A stretch of DNA of 64,000 nucleotides from a virus. A program made the position numbers and the translations under genes. Position 1 is the first letter of the stretch. The number at the start of each line of letters is the position of its first letter. The stretch is taken from the UHGV virus genome UHGV-0390448; one strand, given 5' to 3'. Shown piece after piece: positions 37,562 to 48,600 of this stretch. The notes below the pieces were generated by a model. That model ran no database searches, was not told the origin of the DNA, and saw only the letters and a program-made list of their open reading frames with translations.

Positions 37562-37719
37562 AGTGATTGTGGTGGTCGGTGCTGATCTCCGACTGCGCCT
37601 CTTTTTTTCATAGCCCATAAGGCCGGTCAGTGCGCTTGATGACTGAGGCATCGATATTTACTACGCCGCCTCGTTGCCATAGGGCGGACTTGCGCGCCAG
37701 CAACGCGCATTCACCACAA

Positions 37720-37793
37720 CGGTAAGGGTACTTCGTAGGGATTCGAACCCTCTGCCAAGCACGGCGATCTCCGACGTCGCAAAATACCCTTAC
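37720..37793 (-). other. tRNA-like fragment: perfect T-arm inside a 10-bp inverted repeat, no acceptor pairing or CCA
   Basis: GGTAAGGGTA...AGGG-TTCGAAT-CCCT...TACCCTTACC on the minus strand; cannot be folded into a canonical cloverleaf. Confidence 0.3.
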
Positions 37794-37802
37794 CTGTTGT
37801 GT

Positions 37803-37878
37803 TGGTGCCGGTTAACGGACTCGAACCGCTGACATCCTGCTTACAAGGCAGGCGCTCTACCAACTGAGCTAAACCGGC
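37803..37878 (-). tRNA. tRNA-Thr (UGU)
   Basis: GCCGGTTTAGCTCAGTTGGTAGAGCGCCTGCCTTGTAAGCAGG...GGTTCGAGTCCGTTAACCGGCACCA; canonical cloverleaf. Confidence 0.85.
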
Positions 37879-37882
37879 AATT

Positions 37883-37969
37883 TGGTGGGGAGTGATGGAG
37901 TCGAACCATCCGAGTCGCAATGACAGTAGATTTACAGTCTACCCCGCTACCCCTACGGACTAACTCCCC
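37883..37969 (-). tRNA. Type-II tRNA, Tyr-like (GUA anticodon), atypical D-arm
   Basis: Anticodon arm GTAGA-CTGTAAA-TCTAC, long variable arm, T-arm GATGG-TTCGACT-CCATC, CCA encoded. Confidence 0.55.
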
Positions 37970-37974
37970 TAAAT

Positions 37975-38051
37975 TGGCGATGGTGGGTGGATTCGAACCA
38001 CCGACCGACAGCTTAGAAGGCTGCTGCTCTATCCTACTGAGCTACACCATC
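37975..38051 (-). tRNA. tRNA-Arg (UCU)
   Basis: GATGGTGTAGCTCAGTAGGATAGAGCAGCAGCCTTCTAAGCTG...GGTTCGAATCCACCCACCATCGCCA; resembles E. coli argU. Confidence 0.8.
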
Positions 38052-39366
38052 ACTTGCCGGGTACGTCTCCGGCGAGGGCTTCCACCTCCGTATGCTTTTC
38101 GGCGCACCGCGCCCTGGCTGCAATTCGGTAACAGGGGATACACAACCCTGGCTTCCAGCGTGATTAGCGCCTTCAGCATGACGGGATATACCCGTTACAA
38201 GACATTATTCCAGAAAGCCATTAACCAATGGCTGTTACGCGGGAAGGACGTAACAGGTAAGGGCGCTGACCAGAAAGACCTGACCCTTCTCATTCATCTG
38301 GTTAATCACACCGGCGCCCTTGCCTGTTATGCCTCCCCGTTCCCTAATACACAGACGGGGACACTCTGCGGTCGATTTTTTGACGGGGGACGACTCATAC
38401 CCCGTGGCGTCAGGCTTCTTAGGCCGCTACCATCATCAGATCATCGTTTGCATTTACTTTAATGGTCGGGTTCTAAACCGCCGCAAAGTCGCTAACCATG
38501 ACGAAAACACTGAAAAAACACCCACCCGAAGGTGGGCAAATATCCCACTCGCGGTATTGCCACTTAGGCGTATGGTCAACCTGGCAACTCGGTGTCCTCA
38601 ACGGGGAAGGAATAACCCCGCCATACTTACCGCCGCGCCTGTCGCGGTTATCGCTACGTATCAACATAAAAGCCGACTGCCTGAGCAAGATTCACTTTCA
38701 AAGGCCCGCAGAAAGGAATCCATAGTCGGCTTTTATCTTGAAGCGGCTCTCTCTCCGCCCGTCACCGTCCTATCCCGGTTGTCGCGTTTGCCACGCCAGC
38801 CGTAACGAGGTTTAAAGTCTTTTCACGTTTTCATCACTCGACTGCCGTCTATGGCTGTTCGTTGCAGCGGGGGTGCCTCCCCCTGGGGATATCCCCGGCC
38901 TTACCCCCATTCTTTCAAAACACAATGCAAGGCCACATCCGCATAGGTGCATTACCGCAACGTTAAGGAGACTCAGAGTCAGCAAAATAAGAGGAAAACC
39001 CAACTCTGCGCCTCCTTAACGTTGAGGATGTGCACTGATGATGACCCGATGCAGCCTGGCCCACTTAACATACTCACTGCCAGATCATCATCAATGAACA
39101 CCTTAAAAAGACCTTCCGTGGCTCAAGTCACTGTCGTTTACTCCGTAAAATGCTCTCGCTGAAACCACTTTACGCACTAAACCTGCCGGGCATGTATTTG
39201 CACGGTGCCGGAGCTTTCCCTTACCTTAAAATTTACTTTCTAACACTTAAGTTTGTTTGATGCTGGTGGGGGAAGACAATGAAGTGACTATCAAACCCGC
39301 AAGCGACATGGGAAGCTCCCCACCAGCACGAAAAATTCTATGTTAAGTTAATTCCATAATCAACAT
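38052..39366 (-). other. About 1.3-kb ORF-free, inverted-repeat-rich region between the tRNA cluster and an operator site; candidate transcribed leader or structured ncRNA
   Basis: Only short, overlapping, low-complexity ORFs in all frames; long-range inverted repeats, e.g. acgttaaggag/ctccttaacgt (about 38959-39022), tgatgatga/tcatcatca (about 39036-39095), aaaagccgact/agtcggctttt (about 38670-38733). Confidence 0.25.
39238..39244. promoter_or_regulatory. ttctaac half-site
   Basis: tttactttctaacacttaag. Confidence 0.3.
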
Positions 39367-39394
39367 GTTAGAAAGATAATTTTAGTTTTCTAAC
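39367..39394. promoter_or_regulatory. Operator site gttagaa-N14-ttctaac
   Basis: atgttagaaagataattttagttttctaacac; between the 3' end of 39398-40606 and the ORF-free region; positioned to control minus-strand transcription into the tRNA cluster. Confidence 0.55.
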
Positions 39395-39397
39395 ACA

Positions 39398-40606
39398 TTA
39401 TTTCCCGTAAAGATTTTCAACTCCACCGTTCTTCTTATCCCACTCGTTCGCCCATACCCGGCAAGCATCAATTATTTCCTGACGTCGATCGCCCTGCATG
39501 AACGGAATGCTTTCATGAAAGCTGCTTGGAATGCAGGCCACACTGAACACTGTATCAAACTCAGTCTGCTTGATTGCCTCCAACGTCTCTGGACGCATTT
39601 TCAATTCGTCGATCGGTGCATCCTTAGAGTCCATAATCCGGCGATGTAAGCGTGGAAAATCCGTTTCAAGGTACGCCATAATTTTATCTGCCAGACATTC
39701 GTCTATGTCGGTATTCCAGTCAGTTTCGAAGCCAGGAATTCGGTAGTAAAGCGGCGCTCCCCATACTGACGGGATCACATCCATCGTCAGCAGGCGGCTG
39801 GTTCTGATTTGCTGATGGTAATTTGCCGTCAGCAACGCTTCGCCACGTTGCCCAGTCTCCGCGACCAGACCATGCGGAAACTCATGGATATAGGCAATAG
39901 CTTCTCTTCCGTCATACATTAGCGGGAATGTCTCTGGCCTTTGCCCCATGCCACAGGCGCGATTCAGATCATGACCAAGCTCTGAGCACTCTCGTTTCAA
40001 TGTTTCAATAATGCTCTGCGCCGCTGCTAACTTTTTACGCAGTGTGACGAGTTCGCCTTGATACTCAACGCATTGCTGATTTAGCTTGGTTAAACGCTCT
40101 TTTAGTTCCCGACGCTCTCTTTTCAGCGTGCGGTTATCTTTCTCCGCAACATCCAGTCGTTTTGTCAGGCTTGGCGGATAGTCTTTTTTGTAACGACTCA
40201 AATCGACTTCAGCAGATTTGCGCAGTGTATTTGCCTGCTCAAGACGCGCCTCCAGATTGCCGATCTCATTACGCATATTCGCGGCAAATTGATTAACAGC
40301 ATCCCCCAGGCTTTCAACTGTCGCTGATACACCAGTGACTTGAGAAAAACGGATCAAGCCATCATTAACGGCTTGCTGATATTCCTCAAACTGATCCACC
40401 AGCTTATTGTAATCAACTGCCCCATCATCAAGGAGCTGGTTGATTTCCGCCACCAGGTTATCTGTAGTGGCAATGACGCTCTCATGCAGTCGCTTTGACA
40501 GGTCATCGCCCGGATTTCGTTTCTGTATAAGCGCGATTTGTGTCCGCAGCGTTTCAATTGCGGTTGAGATGATCTCCAGGCTTGATGATTCTACTTGCTG
40601 ACTCAT
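39398..40606 (-). CDS. Hypothetical 402-aa protein, N-terminal coiled coil plus C-terminal globular domain
   Basis: Single-gene unit: half-site upstream, terminator further upstream, full operator site downstream. Confidence 0.55.
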   Translation of the reverse strand: MSQQVESSSLEIISTAIETLRTQIALIQKRNPGDDLSKRLHESVIATTDNLVAEINQLLDDGAVDYNKLVDQFEEYQQAVNDGLIRFSQVTGVSATVESLGDAVNQFAANMRNEIGNLEARLEQANTLRKSAEVDLSRYKKDYPPSLTKRLDVAEKDNRTLKRERRELKERLTKLNQQCVEYQGELVTLRKKLAAAQSIIETLKRECSELGHDLNRACGMGQRPETFPLMYDGREAIAYIHEFPHGLVAETGQRGEALLTANYHQQIRTSRLLTMDVIPSVWGAPLYYRIPGFETDWNTDIDECLADKIMAYLETDFPRLHRRIMDSKDAPIDELKMRPETLEAIKQTEFDTVFSVACIPSSFHESIPFMQGDRRQEIIDACRVWANEWDKKNGGVENLYGK

Positions 40607-40632
40607 GTTTGTTCCCTTTCTTGAAATTAGTT

Positions 40633-40639
40633 TTCTAAC
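40633..40639. promoter_or_regulatory. ttctaac half-site in the promoter region of 39398-40606
   Basis: Minus-strand reading atgttagaaaactaattt, same as the sites at 10595 and 31090. Confidence 0.4.
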
Positions 40640-40682
40640 ATATTTTATTAGTATGCAATTTCAATAAAAAGACTCAGGCAAC

Positions 40683-40709
40683 AAAAAACCCGCCAACTGG
40701 CGGGTTTAT
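40683..40709. terminator. Bidirectional rho-independent terminator
   Basis: aaaaaa-cccgcc-aact-ggcggg-ttt. Confidence 0.6.
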
Positions 40710-40715
40710 GACCGT

Positions 40716-41042
40716 TTAGACGTGTTGGAGTAGCATGTATGCCATATAAATCAAAGCTATCAGTACGACAACTACCTCTGAAATTCTAAGCGCGCGCTTT
40801 ACTATCTGCCGCTCACCGTGGGGTATACCATCCGAGTATTCCTGATCCGTCATTTTCCCCAGCCAGCTTACCGATAACAGAGCTGCATTCTCACTCATCT
40901 CAAGTTCACTTACGGCCTCTCGTATAAGTGGAGCGGTTACTTTCCTGGAAGCAACTTTCATAGTTATGCTTCTGGTTCTTCCGGCGTCATCAGCAAACGT
41001 CAGATTTACGTGGTGTTTTCTGCTCAATGAACAAACTCCCAA
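40716..41042 (-). CDS. Small tail-anchored membrane protein
   Basis: C-terminal TM VVVVLIALIYMAYMLL; real start may be the internal Met (MKVASRK). Confidence 0.4.
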   Translation of the reverse strand: MGVCSLSRKHHVNLTFADDAGRTRSITMKVASRKVTAPLIREAVSELEMSENAALLSVSWLGKMTDQEYSDGIPHGERQIVKRALRISEVVVVLIALIYMAYMLLQHV

Positions 41043-41224
41043 TCATTGGCTTTCGCGCTTTCCGGGGTAATGCATACCTTGTCGCCGGTAACTATGTTTC
41101 GAGCCTCTAATGCCCCATCATCCATCTTTTTAAGCTCTATACAGAAAGAATGAGGCCATGAGCAGCGACGAGCAACAACGTTAGCACCGGCAGGGATAAG
41201 TTCAGCCACGTTAAGTAAACGCAA
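41024..41224 (-). CDS. Hypothetical small protein
   Basis: 66-aa ORF overlapping the downstream gene start. Confidence 0.35.
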   Translation of the reverse strand: MRLLNVAELIPAGANVVARRCSWPHSFCIELKKMDDGALEARNIVTGDKVCITPESAKANDWEFVH

Positions 41225-41238
41225 AACGATTTCTCCGT

Positions 41239-41685
41239 TTAATCAAGATTTACATATTCCGTGATAGCTTTTATGGCTTCATCGGCACTGCGCGCCTCAA
41301 AGCAGTAATAGCCTGCTTCCGTGAGGCGGGTCATCCAGACGAGCTGTTCGGGAGTCAGACGGTTTCTCCCGTGCTTCATCTCAATGCGCATTCCGTGATA
41401 CCCACCACGAGCAAGGTCAATAGAAAGGTCCGGATAGCCCTTCTTCTGACCTTCTGCCACCATCTTAATGGCTGTCCTTTTGCCTCTCAGGCCGCCGTTC
41501 GGTGTTGAGTGTGTGTGTTCATACACGTATCGCATGTTGCGATACAGCCAATCCAGAACGCGAACCTGTTCGTAATGTTCGTAATTCCTTTTTAGTAAGT
41601 CAGGATTTCTTTCTAACTCTCTTAGTGCAGCAGCGTGCGGGGATATTTCAGAATACGCACTATGATGCCTGCGTCTTCGCATCAA
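41239..41685 (-). CDS. VRR-NUC domain nuclease
   Basis: KGYPDLSI...RIEMKHGRNRLTPEQ pattern of PD-(D/E)xK VRR-NUC proteins; operator half-site at its start. Confidence 0.6.
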   Translation of the reverse strand: MMRRRRHHSAYSEISPHAAALRELERNPDLLKRNYEHYEQVRVLDWLYRNMRYVYEHTHSTPNGGLRGKRTAIKMVAEGQKKGYPDLSIDLARGGYHGMRIEMKHGRNRLTPEQLVWMTRLTEAGYYCFEARSADEAIKAITEYVNLD

Positions 41686-41687
41686 AT

Positions 41688-41694
41688 TTCTAAC
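41688..41694. promoter_or_regulatory. ttctaac half-site immediately upstream of the VRR-NUC gene
   Basis: atcaaatttctaacacaaac. Confidence 0.35.
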
Positions 41695-41871
41695 ACAAAC
41701 TTCCTGAAATCATGATCACGATAATAACAAGAGCGTTAGTTTTATCAAAACCGGGTGAAATACTACTAAAGAGATAGGCGGATGCAACAGGTCGGACTTG
41801 TTTTTAGAGTAAATGGTGATGCGGGTCAACAAGCCGGGTAAATTGTATGTCATTTACCCAACTTGTTATTT

Positions 41872-42132
41872 TTAATGGTTTATTTTATCCGGTTCGTTAA
41901 TTTCTGTAACCGCCTTGTCGATAGCGATCATCCATCCTTCATAGGATAAATCATCAACAAGGCCCACCAGCTTATCGTCAGTGTGCGGAAAATAAATCCA
42001 TCCCCATTTCGAAGGGTTTTCTATATGCCGCAGGGTAAATACCCGCTTATAACGGTGGTATTCAAGGGCGTATCCCTTCCCTTGTGAGTACGCTTTTAAG
42101 TCGTCGATCGTAAACCTACGATTCTTTCGCAT
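41872..42132 (-). CDS. Hypothetical small protein
   Basis: 86 aa; 3-nt gap to upstream gene. Confidence 0.45.
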   Translation of the reverse strand: MRKNRRFTIDDLKAYSQGKGYALEYHRYKRVFTLRHIENPSKWGWIYFPHTDDKLVGLVDDLSYEGWMIAIDKAVTEINEPDKINH

Positions 42133-42134
42133 AG

Positions 42135-42569
42135 CTACCCCATGATTCGATATTTCTCTATCGACTCGTCGTAACTTGTGTACACGTATGGCTCTGTATC
42201 ATCAGCATAAGGCGCGACTTCCAGAGCATGAACGGGATTGTATACCGCGTCATTTTCCAGGCGATCGCTCGAATACAGATGCCCGGCTAAAACCGTAAGC
42301 GCCGGGCGACTCATTTTGTAGATCTCTGCCACATCACTATCTACAACTTGTCCAAATGATATGTCGCCGCGCTCCAGCAATAACGTTTTAAGCGCAGGCC
42401 ACCACGGGCCATAAAGGTGATAAAGCTGTGGATCTCGTTTCAGCCTTTCCACCATACCATCCAGATATGCATCCAGAAACGCCTCTTCACTCCTGCCATT
42501 GAGCGCCTGCGGCAAAATATCCTCAAGGTAGGATTCCGTCGGTTTTACAGTGTCAATTAATGTCGTCAT
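42135..42569 (-). CDS. Hypothetical protein, first gene downstream of the DarB-like gene
   Basis: 144 aa. Confidence 0.5.
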   Translation of the reverse strand: MTTLIDTVKPTESYLEDILPQALNGRSEEAFLDAYLDGMVERLKRDPQLYHLYGPWWPALKTLLLERGDISFGQVVDSDVAEIYKMSRPALTVLAGHLYSSDRLENDAVYNPVHALEVAPYADDTEPYVYTSYDESIEKYRIMG

Positions 42570-42605
42570 TCAAATCCGGCCCCGGCTGGGGCCGCTCCTT
42601 ATCTG

Positions 42606-45600
42606 TTAAGCCGCATCGGCGATTATTTTACGCAATTCATCTACCGAGTAACGCGTAGATACCATCCACGCCGGACGGTCAAAGTCCACATCCGCGACCG
42701 GATTCACTTCAAAATTCCAGAAACGCCCGCCAATCTTCTTAATCGCGTCTTTGGCGTTCCGTATTGTCGAGGAACCTGGTTGGTCGGCAATGAGATAAAC
42801 CGCGCCAACGTCCTCGCTGACGCTCCACCAGCGCCCGCGAACACGCGCCTTAGCGCGAATAGGCTTATCATTAACCACAATGATATAGTCATCATTCGCC
42901 GCTTCATCAGCTCTGGCTTCAGCCTCTGCCGCCTGCTCTTCTCTTTTGCTTTCAGCCTGTTCAAGCCTTTCCGCGATCTCTGATTCGGTGGCCCCGCCGT
43001 TTTTCAGCGATACAAAGTCTTGCCACGTTGCTGATTTGAGCGCATCCGGCAACTCATTCACATAGTCACCGTCTTTCAACTCACGGGCGCGGCGGGTAGC
43101 CATTTCTACCAGGCGATTAACAGAAACAGCATCAGCAAAATCGTCCTTACTAATGTGTTTTTCATCAAATGCATTGATGACAGCCCCCACCTTAATCCAC
43201 TGTGCTGCCGGTGATTCCAGGGGGTTATCAGCCTGGACAATGGCGAGTTTCGCTCCATCTACCCCATTATTCGCCAACTGTTCCAGTGCCGCCCATCCAT
43301 CTGCATCACTGAGTGATTTATATTGCTCAAACAATGCATCGCGCCAGGCCACCAGCGCAGAACGTGTTTTTTCGATCTTCGTCTTAATTTTCGCGATCTT
43401 GACCTGATTAAACATCCGTTCAATATCATCGATATTGCTAAAGGCTTTCATCCTGCCCTTGAATAAACGGTATGCCAGCACGGTCCTCCAGAATGATTCC
43501 AGACCTTCTCCGGACGGTTTGCGGAACAAGCTAAGAATATCTTCAGAAGTGACTTTATTAAGCGAACGACCTGACAGACCACGCCCAGCCATCCAGTTTT
43601 CGAACTCCTGGGCAACATCATCCATCGTTGCCTGTGCGCCCCATGCCTGCATTCCCTGGATGTAATCATACCCATACAATGCCTGGAGGAATCCCTCACC
43701 GTCCACGATATTCAGCGGGTTATCACTGGCTTGTATTTTTGCCACTTCACGCTTCAGCGCCTCATCGTTGCCATCTGGATATATCCATCGTTCAGGTGCT
43801 ATATCCGATGCTCGCCCGATTTTTTGGCCTATCACGCCATCATAGGCCGATGACAGCGCGATCTGACCATCATCTGTGCGATATGCCCAGTATTTAATAG
43901 CTGACCCACCGCCCCATGCATTACCAGGTTTACCAGCAATAACATTCATTACCCCATTGCGAATAGCATCATAGAACTGATCGCGAGTAAGTATTGTTGA
44001 TAGCTGGTGGCACTGAACACCACGCGCAGCCGTTGCGCGCGATTCAGCTACCCCCTCTTCAAAAGTTACCGCTTCAATCACAGAGTCAAACGGCAATGTA
44101 ACGATTGACCCTGGTGATCGAGCGTAACGACTTGCTCTATCCAGCCAGGCGATACGGCAGATGTACTGTGCTTTTTCACCGTCAATTTTTTCCACCCGGA
44201 CAATCGCTGTTGTTTCGCGATCATCAATGACTGCACGGTAATAACTACCTTTATGCAACAGGATATTCTTGTCAGTGCGCATATATTCCTGTGGGTTCTG
44301 AATAACATCGATACTGATATCCAGCACACCAGACTTAATAGCGCGCTCCACATCACCACGAGAGCGTTTCATTATGGTATCCGCGTCTTTTGCCCTGGTG
44401 ATCGCAAACCGCAGCACCCGCGCACGTTTTCTGTAGCTACTCAACTGCTCAAGCGCGTATTTTTGCCCATTCCTGTTCGTGCCCGCTTTTATCAGGTCGT
44501 CAAGATTGCGCTGGTAATACTCTATCTGTTCCATCGCGCTTTTCAGTTCTGTCTCCATCATGCCGATATCTTTTCCAGCGGCGTTTGCCGCTTTCAGGTA
44601 GATATCGAGAGCATTGTTGGCCTCGCGCTGTGCTTTCAGTTTCAGACGTTCTTCACGCTCTTGCGCCTGGCGAGCCATGATTGCGCGGCGTTCTTCCGGG
44701 TTTGCCGCCAGCATAATGGCGCGTTCATCAGCATCATCCGCATCACCATTGGCGATCTCTGACATGTCGGAGGTCATCACCATCTTGATCCAGTCTTTCT
44801 TACGTTTCAGCGTATCCAGACGGAAGTCGTCGAATGTGCCTTTGCCACAATAGTAGTGAACATTGACCTTCTCTTGCGGTGAACCTACGCGCGCACCGCG
44901 CCCATTTCGTTGGTCGATACTGGCTGGTGTCCAGGGTAGTGTCAGGTGGTGGATATCGGTTGTCCCGATATGCAGGTTAATACCTACTTCAGCCTTCTTG
45001 TTACAGATAATGATGCGCGTGCGCCCTTCGTTATAGTCGGCGGCAATGCCTTCCATACCCTCAAGGCCAGCATCATTTTTAGCTGAGAGATAATCCTCAT
45101 ATTGGGCAAGTTTGCTGTAGTAGGTTTCCCATGCCCCTTCTTTGTATTCACCGTTTTTATTCGGAGTAGGTTCAGTCGGCTTATTCACCTTCTTCAGCTT
45201 GATGCCGCCAGCCTGGCTAACGGTCGTCGCATTGATAATGCCTATCTCCTGCTCCGGCATTTGCAGTGCACTGGCGATAATACGGCGCAGCTTCTGGTGC
45301 TGGGCTTTTTCATCAATGAAGACAATTTGTTTACCGTTCTTCAGACCTTCACGAAGGTTTTCGATCAGCGCGGCATACTTCGGCGGGATGGGGTGTGATA
45401 CCTGCTGCAGATCAATCCCGGCGGCAGCAATGGCCTTCAGTATTTCAGCTTCCAGTTCAATGCTGGCACGTATTTCAACATGCGCCGGATGTTCACTAAA
45501 GGTGGTCTTCACTACCTTACTGGTGCGCGTACTAACCAGCCCACCAGCGCCGTCTTCTTCGGCCTCGTCTGCATCATCTGCCACTTTACCGCCAGCTACT

Positions 45601-48600
45601 TTTGGCAGGGCATCAGCAATAGCTTTTACCTTGTCTGCAAGCTCAACGGGGAACTGGAATGTAATCGCACTGGCATACAGATCCGGATCTATAGCAACCT
45701 TATCCATGTCGCGGATGATGGAGAAGATGAAATCATCCGGTTTTTCGTTTGTGATATGCCCGTTTTCATCAACCGTCAGCGCATCTTTACTACTTAACTC
45801 CTGTGCACGCTTACGAAGCTCTTCATAAGCAGCCTCCTGCTCCCCTGTCATCGGGATCTGCAAGGTATTCTCGACAATATCAGGGATTTTAACCGTCGCC
45901 CCGACGTCCGCAGCAGTCTTCAGAGTAGTCCAGCGATGGAAAATACCACGCAGGCCATCAAGGTTCTGGAAGCCAACCAGCCCCTGCTTCTCTTCCACTT
46001 CCCCGGAAATTTTCTGGACCTGAACTGTGGCTGTTTTGCCAAACACACGAACGAAATCATCAGGCGTAATGATGCCCATGCGCATCCACTCTTCCTGCGG
46101 AATGACAGTAGACAGCATGTTGAAGGCATCAATCGGACTGTTCACCAGCGGAGTTGCCGTCAGCATGACTACACCACGCCCGTTGTTGCGTTTCATCATG
46201 TACGCAGCTTTTACAGCCATGTCGCGGGCCATCTTGGATACTGCCGGGTTAGGCAAATATGCCAGTTGTCCCGCTTCACGCCCGGCATTAAAGGAGTTGC
46301 GGTAGTTATGCCCCTCGTCGGCAATCACGCTATCGAAGTTCATATCCTCAAAGTACGGGATATTCTGCTTCTTCGTTGTACCGGTATTCGCGGCCTGATC
46401 CTTAATCTTGTTCTTCTTCTGCGCATCACGGTGTTTACCAGACGCCAGGTCAAGACGCCCCATTTCCACAGCATTAAAGACAGCTTGCTGTGAGTTCTCC
46501 TCGATGGTTTTTTCTCGTAGCGGGATAGACGCGAATTGTTCTTTTGTCATGATGACCGTTCGCCAATTTGACGACGGGATCATGTTCATGCGCTGAACGA
46601 TAACGGCGCTGGCGGACTCTTTCACAACATTTCTGGTAAGAGGCTGCCCGTTACTGTCGAGGCGGGGTTCGCCATTTTCATCAAGCACCGGCGCGGTCAG
46701 AATATTGCCGTCTTCATCACGAACTTCATCCAGACCGATAAACATCATATTGGCGAAGGCATCAGCACTGTAGAAGCTCTGTGCCTCGTGATACCAGTTC
46801 TGATAAACCGCCTTCGGAACAACAATACACGTGCGTTTAGTGCGGCCTGTTTCGAAGTTATACGCCTCAAGCGCAAGCGCGGTCGTGGTTTTACCCAGCC
46901 CGGTACCAAATCCCATGATGCCGCGCCCATCTTCTGACAAGCGCCGAACTTCTTCATTCTGATAAGTCAGAGGAATGCGCTTTCCACTAATCCCTTCCAG
47001 GCCAAGCGGTGCGTTAGAGTGCGTGAACGGAATGAAGCCATTGAATGCGTCGTTATACTCGCGGGCTATCTGATCCGCCTGCGGGTGGGTGCGTAACCAG
47101 TCGTTAAAACTAACTTCCAGTTGAGCAATTTTATCCAGGTACTCGTTAGCGTTCTGCCCACGCGGTTTAACACCGTTCAGGTAGTTTTCTAACTGGTTCA
47201 GGAAGCCGTCTTTATTGTTGGCCTTCTTGAACTCATTCCCGTTTTTGCCGTTTACGGTTCGTAGCTGATAGCCGGTAAATACCCCGTCCTTACCTTCGTA
47301 ATCGTCCGGAGATACCAGAATGCCATCGACGACCTTCAGATCAGGTTCAGTGTACTTAAACTCGTCATAGCCCTGCTCTGCCAGGAACTCTTTTATCAAG
47401 CGGCGATCCAGCCAGCGGGCGTTCAGATTAACGGTGACTTTATTTAGTGGCGTGAAAATGCGTTTCTCTTCGATTTTCGCCAACTGACGCTCAAAGTTCG
47501 ATTTCTGCTCACCTGTTGACGCATCACGCCAGCCCATCAGCAATGCTGTTTTGGTTGCAATATCGCCGCTGGTGGCGCGGTCCATCGGCAGCAGGCAGCC
47601 ATACCCATCAATAGCGATATCATCAAATTTCGCCAGGTATTCAAGGGCCGCGTCGTCGTCCTCTGGCAGTTCACCAGCAAACGCCTCACGAAAGTCGCCC
47701 AGCGTTATAGGATTAAGGGCTACATCACTGAAAAGATGTGCTATCACTTGTTCCGGACGTGTAAAGTCAATACCGGCAGCACCATCCGTTACATCAAGTC
47801 GCCCTGCCAGAAGGTCAGAAGTGGAACCATCCTGTTTCACGTTGCCAGTGAACGTCATCCAGTTTTTAGCTCCAGCTTCTGCAAGCCCATTCAGCTTAAT
47901 CGCGTGCGGTGGTCCATACTTCGCAACTTCTGCTGCCGCCAGGCGGGATGCATCTGCCAGTTTGTCATCAACGTTCACCCCCAGGTTACGCAAATCAAGT
48001 GCCTTGTTGATCAACTGCCCTATCAACGCACCGCGCATAACGCGCTCCCTATCTTTTTCTCGCTGTTTGCCAGCAAAGCGAATCATTGCTGCCACTTCAT
48101 CACTGACAACCGATGGATAGTCGGACGCGATCGCCGATATCTGGTCCCATGACAAAGCCAGAATCCCGTTTGTTGACTGGAACGCGATCTGCAGATCGCC
48201 AAACGTCGAAACACCATATCGACTTACATCAAGCGCGGAGGATTTGGTTGTCGTGTCCTTAACCCATTTCAGGCCATCAAACTCATGCCAGATACCGCCT
48301 ACAAGGCGCTTATCCCCTACTTTTGCGCCCTGCCATGCCTGGGTAGTTACTCCGAGCAAATCCCAATTAATACGGCTTTCAAAGCGGCGTGATAGAGCGG
48401 TTTTCATCGACTCATTGGATACACGGCCATCCTTTTTCACCACCAGGGTATTGCGGAAGCTGGTGCGTTCCATGTCGCCATAAACAAATCGCTTCCCTTC
48501 GGTTGTAAACCATTTCCCTTTGAGGAAGGAATCCCAAAGGACGTTTGCCGATTTGAGCGTTGCATCATCCGTGTCGGGGATCATCTCCAGGAAGGTTTCC

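Noticed and set aside
37920-38462. 180-aa plus-strand ORF
   Set aside because: Its first about 130 nt are the antisense of the Tyr and Arg tRNA genes and the rest is Arg/Pro/Leu-rich low-complexity sequence; treated as a spurious frame in the ORF-free region.
38320-38805. 161-aa plus-strand ORF in the ORF-free region
   Set aside because: Overlaps other frames, no RBS, Arg/Pro-rich composition; more consistent with non-coding or decayed sequence.
38052-39397. Naming the ORF-free region as a specific known large RNA family (GOLLD, ROOL or similar)
   Set aside because: I cannot verify any family-specific conserved motif by eye and those families are not known to me from enterobacterial phages; reported only as a candidate structured RNA.
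45142-45828. 228-aa plus-strand ORF and other plus-strand ORFs (43153-48816) inside the DarB-like gene
   Set aside because: All are antisense to a 2283-aa ORF with clear methyltransferase and helicase motifs; Ser/Ala/Arg-rich shadow frames.
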